Positions 34,572 to 45,957 of a DNA stretch of 64,000 nt are shown one piece after another. Each line of letters starts with the position of its first letter. Position 1 is the first letter of the stretch. This DNA comes from Hyaloraphidium curvatum SAG 235-1 (taxonomy: Eukaryota > Fungi > Monoblepharomycota), in NCBI GenBank assembly GCA_025558095.1, contig JAIVFI010000014.1:620001-684000 (forward strand), given 5' to 3'. Below the pieces are notes generated by a model. That model was given only the letters and a program-made list of their open reading frames with translations, had not been told where the DNA came from and made no database searches. Position numbers and translations under genes: made by a program.

Positions 34572-36845
34572 ATGAGCTACACGACCATAGCGTGTCACTC
34601 GTGCCGAAAGAGGCGGCTGCGGTGCGGCGGCGACGGGCACAACAAGTGTGGGTTGCGGGGTGCCGCAACCTCTGGCCGTCGCCTAACCACCCCATTCCAT
34701 TATATAGGCGAGCCGTGCGAGGCCCGCGGGCTTGTCTGCGAGTATGCGCTCGTCTCGGGCCGGTGGAAGCGCACGGCGGACGGCCGCACGCTGTCCTCCG
34801 ACGGCTCGCTCTCGCCGACGCCGTCGGCGCCCTCCCGGGCCTCGGCGTCGCCGCAGCCGCACGCGCAGCCCTCGCCGCCCGCGCAGCTGTCGTTGGCGCC
34901 CGACGACGACCCGCAGCTGACCGCCGACGCGCGGCTGCTGCTGCTGCGGGCGTTTGTCGACGCCGTGCCGCGCGACGCCGCGGCGCCGGTGCACCCGCTC
35001 GCCTTTTTGGACGCCTTCGGGGCGCCGCCGGTGCGGGCGGGGAGCGCGGCACAGCAGCGGCCGGCCGGCGTGCCGCAGGGGCTGCCCGGCCTGCCGTCGC
35101 ATTCGTCGTCCCCGGTGCCCGACCTGCAGACCAAGGGCTACCTGTTCAGCAGCGGATATGCCCCGGGGATGGGCCTCTCCGCCGCATTTTTGAGGCGAAC
35201 GCTGCGCCACCCCGTGCTCGAGCACGCCGCGCTGCTGGCCGGCGCCCGCTCCATCCTCCAGGACATCAACCACCCCTCCCCGCACGCGCGCGCTCTCCCC
35301 GTGCCGCCGCACGCCTTTGCCCGTGGGCTGACTGTGCGCGCCTCCGTGGCCAGGCTGGAAAAGCGGCTGGCGCGGCTGCTGGGCGAGGGCATGGCGCGGT
35401 TCTTTGCCGACGCCGCCGAGGGCCGCCCGCTACGCACGCCGGACTACCTGGCGCTGCAGGTGGCCATGTTCGTCACGGCCGTGTTCGTCCACCTGGGCGC
35501 GCGGAGGGTGGACGCGGCGAGGGCCTATTTCGCCCAGCTGGCGGCCATGTGGCGCATGGCAGGCATCTGCGGGGACGCCACGTCGCCGCCGCCAGACGGC
35601 TCGCTGGACGGTTGGATCGTCAGGGAGCTCTCCCTGCGGGTCTTTTGGGTGACCGCCGCCCTCGAGCTCTCCACGGCCACGCGGAGCATGCGCAGCCCCG
35701 TCTTTTCGCCCGGCGAGTTTTCCACCGTGGCCTTCCCGGTGCCCGACGCGGCCTTCTGGGCCGTCGCGCCCCCGGACCGGCGCGACCCCGCAATGGACCC
35801 CGATCCCGCGGACCTTCTCCGCCTCGCGCCGCCGTTCCGCGCGGGGGAGCTGTTTTCGTGGCTGGACCCCGTGGCCGAGGGTTCTCCCGGCCCGCCAGAG
35901 GCCGTGCTCCGCTATTCGGTCACGGAGCACGTGCTTTCCAAGCGGCCCTTCCTGCAGCACATGCTCAGCTTCTACCTGGCCAAGTTCGGGGAGTTTTCCG
36001 GGTGGCTGCGCGACGTGGCGGGGCTGCAGCTGCTCGAGGTCATCGCGGCGGAGCATTTGGTGACGCCCGAGGGGCCCGCGGACCTCGAGGGCGCGTGGGC
36101 GTCCACGGGCGTGTTCGACCCCGCCGGCCCGGCGCTACAGGCCCTGCTCGGCAACCCCTATTTGCCCGAGGCCGTCCGTCGGCGGCAGTTCCTCCAGCGC
36201 GCCGCGGACGTGATCGAGGAGGCCCTCCCCGAGCACATCCTCACCCCCCTCAGGGCCGGCGACGTCCCCGCCCTCCTCGCCTCCCTCCCCCGCGACATGG
36301 AGCGCCTCCAGGTGCAGCGCCTCCTCTCGAACCTCTGCCACATCCAGCTCGCCAAGATCCTCGTGCGCTCGCCCGAGCCGTTCCACGACCGCCCCGGATC
36401 GGCGGCGCCCAAGCTCCGCCCGGAGCTGCTCGCGGCGCTGTGGCACCGCACCCGCGCGTTCCTCGACGCCGCGCATTCGGCGATCCTCGTGTCGCACGCG
36501 TGCGCGGTGCTGGCCAGGTTCCCGGGGCCGGAGCTCAGGGGGAACCTGATGCTCACGGGAACCTGCCGCTCCGCGGCGCACGCGGCGTGGTTCCACCTCC
36601 TCGCCTTCCGCCGGTTACGTGGCACCCCCGGCGCCGCGCAGACCGCACGCGGGCTGCTCGGCGACGCCGCGGCGTGCCTCTCCCTCCTCGAGAAGAGCGG
36701 CAGGCCCGAGGCGCTGGTCGCCGCGGGCCAGATGCGCGCGGCGATGGCACGGGAGGGGGAGCCGAGCAGGGAGGAGGTCGAGGTGATGCTGCTGGCGAGG
36801 ACGGCGGGGCTGGCGCTGGACGACGGGGCGGAGGAGGAGGAGTGA
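34572..36845 (+). CDS. Zn(II)2Cys6 fungal transcription factor, 60-nt intron 34648-34707
   Basis: After splicing the N-terminus reads ACHSCRKRRLRCGGDGHNKCEPCEARGLVCEY (C-x2-C-x6-C-x7-C-x2-C-x6-C). Middle region WIVRELSLRVFW resembles the fungal TF middle homology region. Confidence 0.85.
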   Translation: MSYTTIACHSCRKRRLRCGGDGHNKCGLRGAATSGRRLTTPFHYIGEPCEARGLVCEYALVSGRWKRTADGRTLSSDGSLSPTPSAPSRASASPQPHAQPSPPAQLSLAPDDDPQLTADARLLLLRAFVDAVPRDAAAPVHPLAFLDAFGAPPVRAGSAAQQRPAGVPQGLPGLPSHSSSPVPDLQTKGYLFSSGYAPGMGLSAAFLRRTLRHPVLEHAALLAGARSILQDINHPSPHARALPVPPHAFARGLTVRASVARLEKRLARLLGEGMARFFADAAEGRPLRTPDYLALQVAMFVTAVFVHLGARRVDAARAYFAQLAAMWRMAGICGDATSPPPDGSLDGWIVRELSLRVFWVTAALELSTATRSMRSPVFSPGEFSTVAFPVPDAAFWAVAPPDRRDPAMDPDPADLLRLAPPFRAGELFSWLDPVAEGSPGPPEAVLRYSVTEHVLSKRPFLQHMLSFYLAKFGEFSGWLRDVAGLQLLEVIAAEHLVTPEGPADLEGAWASTGVFDPAGPALQALLGNPYLPEAVRRRQFLQRAADVIEEALPEHILTPLRAGDVPALLASLPRDMERLQVQRLLSNLCHIQLAKILVRSPEPFHDRPGSAAPKLRPELLAALWHRTRAFLDAAHSAILVSHACAVLARFPGPELRGNLMLTGTCRSAAHAAWFHLLAFRRLRGTPGAAQTARGLLGDAAACLSLLEKSGRPEALVAAGQMRAAMAREGEPSREEVEVMLLARTAGLALDDGAEEEE

Positions 36846-37380
36846 TCGGCGCGAGGTGCGGGGGCAAGGTTCGGACGGAGAAGAACGCGGAAGAGGAAGA
36901 AAAGAGTGAGAGAAGAAAAGAGGAAGTAACTTTGGCGTGCCGATCGGATCAACGGTTCGAGGCGACGGAGCGCTGGCGAGCGCTGGCGAGGGCCGCCTGA
37001 TAATTGGTTGTTGTATGCTGCAACATCTACACGTTGGCCGAACCCCTCCCAGGACCTCCTTATTCCCTTCCCTTGGGCCGCTCGCAGGGGCCGCCCACTG
37101 CTGGCACCCTTTTGTCACACCCGCACCTCCCTCTCCATCCCCGCCAGCAGCTCGCCCGGCGTCACAATCCTGCTCTTCTGGTGGGACAAAGACTCTGGAC
37201 ACTGCCGCGGTGCCAGGAGGATCGGAAGCGTGGCGGTCGTGAAGGGGTTCCGGGCGCTTACTACTGGATCGAGACCGGGATTGAAATTCAGAGAAAGAAC
37301 AACGTAACGCAAAACCTCCCGTGCATAAGATCTGTCCGCCAGAGTCCCTCCGGCGAAGCTTCCTCCCTGGAGAACGTCCG

Positions 37381-38011
37381 TCAGGCGACAGGCTTGCCGC
37401 GCGCGACCCCGTCGCGATATCTCTCCCAGTCCGGCCCAAAGTAGATCTTCAGAATGGCATTGGTGATGCCGGCAGCAGACTGGACCTTTGCACCTTCCAC
37501 TTTGGCCTCCAGGATGGCCTGGATCTGCATTCCCGAGCGCTCCCGCGAGTCCTTCTCCATCTGCCGAAGCTCCCGCTCGTGGGACACTTCTGCCGCCCGT
37601 AGCTCGCGCTCCGCGGCAAGCTGGCCCTCCCAGCGCTCGCGCTCCGCGGCAAGCTGCTTCTCCCATAGCTTGCGCTCCGCGTCGAGCTGCTTCTCCCGTA
37701 GCTCGCGCTCGTGAATTAGGTCCGCCCGAAGCGTCACGTAGTGCGAACCTGGAACGGGAACAAGGGCGTCGGCGGCGCCGCGGGCCCACGCCCATGCCGG
37801 CACTCGCACCGGCATAGAAGGAGCCCGCCAGGACGGCAGAGAGCGCGACAATGACGTCGGCGTACTCCTTGATGAACGCGACGGTGCTCTTGAAACGGGC
37901 CCCGGTGCCGGTCCCCCCCTGATCTTGCGACGCCGCGCGCCGGGACGGGGTTGTGCCGACGGGCGACACGCTCCTGCGCGCGACGGCGACGCCTGCGACC
38001 GGGAACCGCAT
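37381..38011 (-). CDS. Small single-TM protein with 11-residue coiled-coil repeats, intron 37749-37809
   Basis: Arg-rich N-terminus, TM (VIVALSAVLAGSFYAG), then ERELREKQLDA/ERKLWEKQLAA/ERERWEGQLAA/ERELRAAEVSH. Canonical GTGCG..CAG intron joins the frames. Confidence 0.65.
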
Positions 38012-38679
38012 GTCCTGCGGAGCAAAGAAGGAAAAGAGGAGGCGGCTACGGAAAGGCGGCGCGCTACGTGCGCGGAAGCAAGGTTCGATTGGTTGTTGAC
38101 AGGCTGTGTCAAGGTGAGTCGCGCCGTCCGCGACGTACTGCCATGCAGGCCCGCCGGGGGCGCCCGATCCGCGAGTCACGAACCTCGAATCCAACATCAA
38201 ACGAACGCATGCTGAGCGCATTGATCTCCTAGCGTTATCTGCCATATGCACCTGGTCCAGAGAGTCCAAGTGACGACCCGCCGAAATGGCCCAGCATGAC
38301 TTTGAATTCAAGACAAACGTGAGCGCAGTAAGCAAAATGAGAGCGGAGCAGGACCCACAGGCCATCAACGTGCTCAGAAAGGTGACCTAGCCCTTTCCGA
38401 GGGATTGAAACGATTATGGAGCGACGCCTCACAGCTCAGTTAGCTCATGCTTGCGGGGCACCCAGCTCTCGAACTGTCGATGACGTGCTGTAGCGGGAAA
38501 GAGCGAGACGAAGGACACAGGAAGTTGCCATGGAGTGTTTGACCGATGTGGCGTCTCCAGGGATGGCAAAAGGAGCCGACAGGCCAAGTGAAGTCAGCCC
38601 AGCTCGTCGTTACGGCCTATCTCTTGCCCCAGCATGCCCCGGCTCCTGCCCCGCCCGACCCGTTGATCCGCGCTCAGCA

Positions 38680-40751
38680 ATGTCATCGAACGGATCTCCG
38701 GCCGCCCCGGCTGCGGACCCGCCGCGGCCGCGGTCCGCGCTGAAGCGGCCGTCGGGGGCAACGCCCTCCGACGCGCCCCGCCGGCCGCGCCTCCCCGCGC
38801 CGCAGCCGCTGCCGCCGCCGGCGCTCACGTCGTTCCCCGAGCCGCCGGGCCGCACGCAGTCGTCCCTCTCGCTGGCCGCGGGCTCGGTGCGCTCGGCGCT
38901 CAACTCAACATTCATCTCGCCGAGCACGGGCAACGAATACGACGTGCTGTCGACCATCGTGGTCGTGGCCGTGATGCTGGTCGCGGGCACCTGCAACACG
39001 ATCCTGAACAAGCTGCAGGACCAGACCTGCGGTGGGTCATCCCGAGGCCTCCTGGACGCGCCACCTGGTTGCTGACGCCTCCCCGTGCGGTGCCACGCGT
39101 CCTTCAATTTTCTCCCGTGCCTCTACTGCTGCCAATGTGCTCGCAGTGCGGAATTGCGACGACCCGGACCCGGCGAACCACCGGGGGTTCGAGCAGCCGC
39201 TGTGGCAGACCCTCAACATGTTCCTCGGCGAGTGGCTCTGCCTCGTCATCATGTACGCCGTGCGCACCTTTGCCGGCTTCCGCGGGTGGCGCAAGTGTGG
39301 GTGCTTGGGCCGGAGGGCTTTGCCCCGTCGGTTATCTCACCACCCGACTTGGCCGCCAGCGCTCTACCGCACCTTCTACGGCTCCATGCCCACCGAGCTC
39401 GACCCCGACGACGACATGCCCGCGCCCTACACCGTCCCCGCCACCCCGTCGTCGCTGCTCAACCCTAACGGCGCCGGGCAGGGCAACGGCGACGCCGAGG
39501 GCCGCCCTCCCCTGCTCAAGATCACGCGGCCGGGTTCGTCCACAGTGCGCAGCGTACAGCTGCCTTCACCGGCGCCTTCGAACGGGTACCGTCGCCTGCC
39601 GCGGGAGGAGGTGGTGGTGGACGACGTGGCCGAGGCGGCGGGCGATGGGCCGTCGGAGGAGGAGCCCGTGCGGGTCGGGAACGTGGGCAAGGTGCCCAAC
39701 GTTGTCGTGCGCGAGTTTGGGGACGAGCTCGAGGAGCTGCACGGGTGGAAGGTGTTCCTGCTCATGATACCCACCGTCTGCGACATCATCGGGACCACGG
39801 TGGGCTCTCTCGGCCGAAGCCAGCATTGCGTTGCCCAACCTGATCTCCCGCGCCCCGCACAGCTGATGAACGTCGGCTTGCTCTACACCACGGCCTCCAT
39901 CTACCAGATGCTCCGCGGCTCCGTGGTCCTCTGCACCGGCATCCTCTCCTTCCTCTTCCTGCGGCGCCGCCTCTTCCTCTTCCAATGGCTCGCCCTCCTC
40001 GTCATCGTCGTCGGCATCGGCATCGTCGGCGCCAGCCCCCTCCTCGAATCCCACACCCCTGCGGGCGGCAGCACCCCGGGCCTGCTGCAAGCCCTGTTCC
40101 AGGCCGACGACCCGTCCCGCGTCCTCGCGGGCACCTTCATGATCCTCCTCGCGCAGCTCTTCACCTCGTCCCAGTTCATCATCGAGGAGCGGCTGCTGGC
40201 GCGCTACTCGGTGCACCCCATGGAGGCCATCGGGTACGAGGGCAGCTTCGGCCTGCTCTTCCTCTTCCTGCTCGCGCCGCCGGCCTATTTCATCTGGGGC
40301 CGGCACGACCCCGAATCGTGGTTCAACGTGCCCGTCGCGTGGGAGCAGGTCATCTCGTCCCCGCTGATCTGGGGCGCCGGGATCGGCTGCGTTTTCTCGA
40401 TAGCGGCCTTCAACGGGACCGGGCTCGAGGTGACCAAACGGCTCACGGCCACGAGCAGGAGCACCGTGGACGCGTGCAGGACCATCCTGATCTGGGGGGT
40501 GAGCATGGCGCTGGGGTGGGAGTCGTTCAGGGTGCTGCAGGTGTGCGGGTTCGTCGGTGGGTTGCTCTTGCCGCGGCGTTGAGGGCGATCGGGAAGCTAA
40601 CGCGCCGCCCCCCAAAGTGCTGTTGTACGGCACCTTCACGTTCAACGGGATCGTGCCGCCGCCCGCTTGCCTGGCACCGCGGATCGAGGACGCGGAGGGG
40701 GTCAAGAGGCCGCTGCTGGCGCCGCCGCGCGAGGAGGACGAGGAGCGGTGA
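38680..40751 (+). CDS. SLC35F6-like DMT/nucleotide-sugar-transporter-family membrane protein, multi-exon
   Basis: MLVAGTCNTILNKLQD, FEQPLWQTLNMFLGEWLCL, PTVCDIIGTT|LMNVGL, ASIYQMLRGSVV, QFIIEE, GYEGSFG and VTKRLTATSRSTVDACRT. Confidence 0.88.
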
Positions 40752-41088
40752 CGGCAAAGGAACGGTATGATCGGCGGAAGGGGAATGGATGCTCATTCCC
40801 ATCTTTGTTGGTTCCTCGTCCGTCTTTGCTTGTCGCTTTGTCCGATAGCGGATTCGCACTCCAGCGAGTTGTATTTGACGGAACGCTCTTGTGGGCATTG
40901 AAGGCAGTGGTAGGCCACCAGTAGACGGTTGCTGGATCGAGACGCTTGACCATTGCCGGACCTCAGCGAGAGTTGCGGGGTCCATCGTCGTTTATCATCC
41001 GTTTCACACCACCTGTACACCGCTCATGCCACGGCATACCCTCACACGTGCTGGAGCCTGGCATATGTACCACCGTTCCCGCCTCTGC

Positions 41089-42720
41089 TCAGCCAGGGCA
41101 TATGGTCTGCGGCGTGAACGAGACCCCGAGTCCCCTAAGCACGGTCCACAGCGCGGCGAGGATGGGTACCAGCGCCACGATGAGGCTCCTCACGGTCCCG
41201 ACGGTGACGCTCACGCCGAGGAACCTCGCCCGCAGTAGCCCGACATCACGGAACGAGTCCAGCAGGTCCGCGTGGTGCTGCATCAGGGCCGCGGTGGGCG
41301 GATCTCGGACGTCGACGAGGAGGCCGAGGATGTCCTGGCGCGCGGCCGTGTAGAGCTCGACGATGTCGTCGATCTGCGAGTTGGCGGCGGCGACGGAGAT
41401 GAGGTCGCCGAGGATGTGGGAGAAGTAGAATAGTTGGATGATGATGCACCACGCGGGCAAGCAGGCGCCGAAGATCATGTAGATGACGGCGCCGGAGAGT
41501 TCCACCGCCATTATGCTGAAGATGCTCTTGTCCGAGTTGGCCGAGAGAACAAACAGGGAACGCCATTGGATGGTGAGGCGGCGGTGCAGCTGTACGTAGA
41601 GCTCTTGGGAAGTGGGCGGGGGATCCGAGCCCTCGGCGCACCTTTCGAGCTTGTACATGAGCGATCGGATGGCCGCAGAACAAGCACGATGCTGCAAACG
41701 GTGCGCAAGCTGGAGCGGAGCGATGGCCGCAGGTCGGGCAAAGAAGTGGAGGAAGATTTGGACGAACGAGTTGCCGATAACTGGATGAAGCGGTGAGTCC
41801 AAGGTGCACAATGATGCCGCACAGCGAAGCAACCCACGGAACCATACGGCAAAGAATGCCCACCACGAATTCCAAAGAAGCGAGCCGAAATAGACGAGTT
41901 GGGTGTAAGTCCGCATGATGAGCACGGCCGTGCCGAACATCCAGAACACGGTAGCATGGAGGAGCCACATGGCGGCGGCAGAGCGTACGACTTCTCCACC
42001 ACAGGAGCGGGCCGCACAGGGGCACAGCCTATCGCCGGGTTGGTGCCGGACCAGCCACGGCGTTTGCGCCCGCGCATCGTCACCGAGCTTTTCCAGCCCG
42101 CCGTTTGTGCCGGCAAAGACCGCAAGTGCCGACCAGCGCGAGAACCCTGCACAGGAGTGGTGGTCGAGGGAAACAGGAGCGGGTCCCGCCTCACGTTTGC
42201 CCTCTGGCCGCGTTTCTCCGTGGCCGGCGTTGCTGCTGAGCTCTGTCCTGAACATGCCAACGAGGAACGTCACGAGGAGAAAGAACTGAGAGATGCAGAT
42301 TGCTGTTGTGCCGGCCACCATGTGCGGGTACGAGAACGCGCCGAGTACGCCGTTGAAGTGCCATAGAGCGACGACGAGCGCCACGTTCGGCAGGGTGGAG
42401 GTAACAAAGATGCGGATTCCCGGCCGCACGATCAGCGGCGTCAGCCAGAGGTGCACCCGCGCCAAAATGCGCAGGAGCGGCCACGGAGAAAGCGAGCGCA
42501 GGAGCACGTCGCGCGTGAGGGGCCGGGCCTCGCGGGCGGGCGCCGCCGGGTCCGCCGCGGCGGCACGCCACGGATGCGGGGCCGGGGGTGCCGGGGGCGC
42601 GGGAAAGAGGCACAACCATTCCACGGGGAGGAGCGAGTCGGGCGGCAGCACATCGAGAGGCCCGTTGGGAGACAGAGCGCCATCGGTCTGCCGTCGCCTA
42701 GAGCTCCCTTCCGCTTCCAT
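41089..42720 (-). CDS. 7-TM family member 4 (probable short in-frame intron at about 41780-41840)
   Basis: LLPVEWLCLFP; PLTRD; LVRHQPGDRLCPCAARSCGG; LYVQLH; RARFLGVSVTVGTVRSLIVALVPILAALWTVLRGLGV..ICPG*. Confidence 0.82.
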   Translation of the reverse strand: MEAEGSSRRRQTDGALSPNGPLDVLPPDSLLPVEWLCLFPAPPAPPAPHPWRAAAADPAAPAREARPLTRDVLLRSLSPWPLLRILARVHLWLTPLIVRPGIRIFVTSTLPNVALVVALWHFNGVLGAFSYPHMVAGTTAICISQFFLLVTFLVGMFRTELSSNAGHGETRPEGKREAGPAPVSLDHHSCAGFSRWSALAVFAGTNGGLEKLGDDARAQTPWLVRHQPGDRLCPCAARSCGGEVVRSAAAMWLLHATVFWMFGTAVLIMRTYTQLVYFGSLLWNSWWAFFAVWFRGLLRCAASLCTLDSPLHPVIGNSFVQIFLHFFARPAAIAPLQLAHRLQHRACSAAIRSLMYKLERCAEGSDPPPTSQELYVQLHRRLTIQWRSLFVLSANSDKSIFSIMAVELSGAVIYMIFGACLPAWCIIIQLFYFSHILGDLISVAAANSQIDDIVELYTAARQDILGLLVDVRDPPTAALMQHHADLLDSFRDVGLLRARFLGVSVTVGTVRSLIVALVPILAALWTVLRGLGVSFTPQTICPG

Positions 42721-43028
42721 GCCGCGGAAGGCGTGCGTTCTCGCCGCCCTGGCTGGTCAAGGTAACTAACTTAGAAGCTCAACTCTTGTGGGACATCGGA
42801 GGTGAGCGTTTCACAGGGAGCCTTCTTTCGAAAGTCGGGGTGGAACTTGCGCTGATCGGCGAGACTTCCCTCGCAATCGCATCGTCAATAGCTTGGTAAG
42901 GACGGAAAAGCCATTTCACTTGCATTCAAGGCATACATAGTCATCCGCCACCAAACTGTACGTCGCTCGTGCCATAGCTTTCCTCCTCCCGTGCCGTACC
43001 GCCTATGACCTCTCCCACGAACCTGATC

Positions 43029-44628
43029 TCACCCAGGACACACACTCTGCAGCGTCACCGTCACCCCCCCGCCCCGCAGCAGCCCCACCAACCCCACCAC
43101 GACGGTGAAGGCCGCGAGCAGCAGCGTCCGAAGGGCCCCAAACGTCACGACGAAGCCGAGGAACCTGGCCCTGTAGCGCGACGGATCCGCGTAGGTCCGC
43201 AGCGCGGCGGCGTGGCTCCAGACGAGCGTCCTGTCGGTACCGGGAGGGGCCGGGCGGAGAAGGAGGAGGGAGATGCGGTCCGCGGCGGCGAGGTAGAGAG
43301 CTGCCGTGCCGTCGATATGGTGGTTCTGTACAGCGACGGCGCAGAGGTTCGCGAGGAGGCCGTAGCATACAAGGGACAAGCCGGCAATAGTCCACGCAGG
43401 GACACAGGAAGCGCCGAGCTGCAACAGGGCATCAAGTTAGAAGCGCTTCGCGAATGAGCGTCGCTCATGCACGCACTATGTTGATCATCAGGGTCACCAC
43501 TTCGAGCAGAATCCCGAAAGCAAAAACCTTCCGGATGCTGTCGCTGACCGTCCTATGCACACGCCAATCGGAGGTAAGCCACGGATGCAGCCAGGTGTAG
43601 GGTTCCACGGCGGGCGCGACTGCTGGAATGCAATCCAGGTGCCAGCGGGCCTCCAATCGCTTCACCAAATCCGAAAGGGCGAAGGAAAGGAGGCGTCGCC
43701 GAAGACGGTTGGAGATATCGAAGTCGTGTGGCACATACGTTCCGTTGGATATGCAGGTCATCACGAAGGCGTGGATTACAGCACTCAGAGTCGTGAAGGC
43801 GAGAAGGAAGGCTGCCCGAGGAGTGGTCCAGGTGCGCGGAGAAAAGGTCACGCAAATGGTCCAAAGTCCTAGCAGAACCCAGGCACCGAGAGGGCCGCAG
43901 AAGCCAACTACGATCTTCAGCGTCCACGCGTAGTGTGCGTTCTTTTCCGGGATTCCACCGGCGCATTCCTTCCTGGGACACGGGCACAAGGGGTCGTCGG
44001 GGTCGTGACGAAGCAGGCAATCTTCCGTTGCTTTTTCCAGCTCTGGTTCGCCCTCCGAGACTCTGCTGGCATCGACTAGCTGCGCCCATCTGACGAGGTC
44101 CGCGGCCCAGTGGCCGTCCAGGGCAGTGCCGGCGCCGTTGGCGGTTGGACGCCAGCCACCCGAGACAAAGTGAATCAAGGTCCATCCATAGCCGTTAACC
44201 AAGAAAGCTAGTGTTCCGACGGCGAGGTGCCGGGCGCTGAAGGTGCCGTCGTTGAACGGGATGATTAGTATACCAGACGCTAGCAGCACCGACATGTAGA
44301 TCAAGTGGTAAAGCCAAGGCCGCGTATAGCCGCGGGTAAGCTTGATCACGGCGAACTGGAGGGCCAGCTGGGCGCGTTGGAACGGGAACCTCTTGAGCGA
44401 GTCCAGCATCGAGTCCGGCGTAAGGGGCCGCGCCAAACGCGCCGGCAGGGCGGGGTCCGCCGTCGGGAGAAGGAGATCGCGAGGCACGCGCGCGTCTGGG
44501 GCCGGCGGACGCGGGAACACCGCGAGGAAGTCGGCCGGGCCGAGCGTCGCCAGGCGGTCCCCCGCGGGAATCAGGGGCTCCGTGGGGGTTCCGGCAGGCT
44601 GGGAGGCAGAAAGCTCCATCTCTAACAT
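43029..44628 (-). CDS. 7-TM family member 5, intron 43419-43476
   Basis: LGPADFLAVFP; PLTPD; RWAQL; LLRHDPDDPLCPCPRKECAG; INI|LGASC; RARFLGFVVTFGALRTLLLAAFTVVVGLVGLLRGGGV..VCPG*. Confidence 0.82.
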
Positions 44629-44811
44629 ATCTTCCAATGGTCAGAGGAAGTGACGGCACTCGATCGAGTTCGTATGCATGTGGGCCGTCGATCGCGCACA
44701 ATCTCGTTCCGCGTCGTTGCCCCCCACCCCTAAGCGACCGCTTCTTGGCCAAAAGGGCAGAATTACGCGTCTCGGACATCTTCCCGGCGGATATCGGGCG
44801 CCGCAGCCGGG

Positions 44812-45678
44812 ATGCGCTCCGACGACGCGACCTGGAGCGCGGTCTCCCAGGTCCTCGGTTGGTCCTTCTTCTTGGCCTGGAGCCTCTCCTTCTGGCCGCA
44901 GGTGGTCCTCAACCACCGCCGAAAGAGCGTCGCAGGCCTGAGCTTTGACTTTGTTGCCCTGAACCTGCTCGGATTCGCGTGCCTGACGGGGTACACCGCG
45001 GCCTTCCGCTTTTCCGATGCGGTCCGCGACGAGTATGCAAAGAGACACGGCGGTGCACCGCCCCTTGTGGACGCCAACGACCTCGTCTTTGCTGCGCACG
45101 CGTTCCTGGCGACCGCTGTCGTGGTGTTGCAGGTGATCTTCCTGGACCGCGGCGGGCAGCGCGTGTCGCCCTGGGCGTGGGCATTCCTCGGGATTGCAGG
45201 CGGGGTGCTGCTCGCCACATCGGGTACCGTGGCGTTTGCGGACGGTAAGCTCGGCGGGACGCGGCTGGAGTGGCTCGACGTGGTCTACGCGGCCTCGACG
45301 GTCAAGCTCCTCGTGACTTTGGTCAAGTACCTGCCCCAAGTCGTCCTGAACTACCAACGGCGATCGACTGCAGGCTGGAGCATTACCAACATCTGGTTGG
45401 ACGCCACCGGCGGCGTGCTCTCCCTGCTCCAGCTTCTCCTGGACGCGGCCGTGTCGGGGCACTGGGAGGGCGTAGTGGGGAATCCCGTCAAGCTGGGCAT
45501 GTCGTTTCTCAGCCTTGCATTCGACGCGTTTTTTTTCGTGCAGCATTACGCGTTGTACGGTCCGGGGAAGGCGGCGGACGAGGAGGTCGGGAATGGGATC
45601 GCCGAGGACGGGCAGCCTGCGCGAGGCGGGAGAGAGACGGACCCGCTGCTCGGGCCGAGGCCGGCGGTGCCTCGCTAG
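44812..45678 (+). CDS. ERS1: Cystinosin/Ers1-like PQ-loop lysosomal/vacuolar transporter
   Basis: LGWSFFLAWSLSFWPQVVLNHRRKSVAGLSFDF, NDLVFAAHA, KYLPQVVLNYQRRSTAGWSI, GNPVKLG and QHYALY. Confidence 0.9.
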   Translation: MRSDDATWSAVSQVLGWSFFLAWSLSFWPQVVLNHRRKSVAGLSFDFVALNLLGFACLTGYTAAFRFSDAVRDEYAKRHGGAPPLVDANDLVFAAHAFLATAVVVLQVIFLDRGGQRVSPWAWAFLGIAGGVLLATSGTVAFADGKLGGTRLEWLDVVYAASTVKLLVTLVKYLPQVVLNYQRRSTAGWSITNIWLDATGGVLSLLQLLLDAAVSGHWEGVVGNPVKLGMSFLSLAFDAFFFVQHYALYGPGKAADEEVGNGIAEDGQPARGGRETDPLLGPRPAVPR

Positions 45679-45957
45679 CTGGCACCGCTGTGACTCTTTA
45701 CCGGTGCGCGAACGGACACTGACTCTAACTTGCGCTGCGGAAGTCTGATCCGCGCTACCGCCGCTCCCTACCTTGCAAGCTGTGCCGCGGAGCGGCCCCG
45801 CGAGCGCCAGCGAGCCCCGCGGCAGCGGGCGCGTACCCACGCCGCAGGCAGGCACGTTATGGCAAGCGTCATTGAACCAAAGCTATGGCCAGTAGTTGCT
45901 TGACAGCATCAGGGAGCTTGTTACGGCATATAGCACGTCTATGTCTCTTGCTCTATC

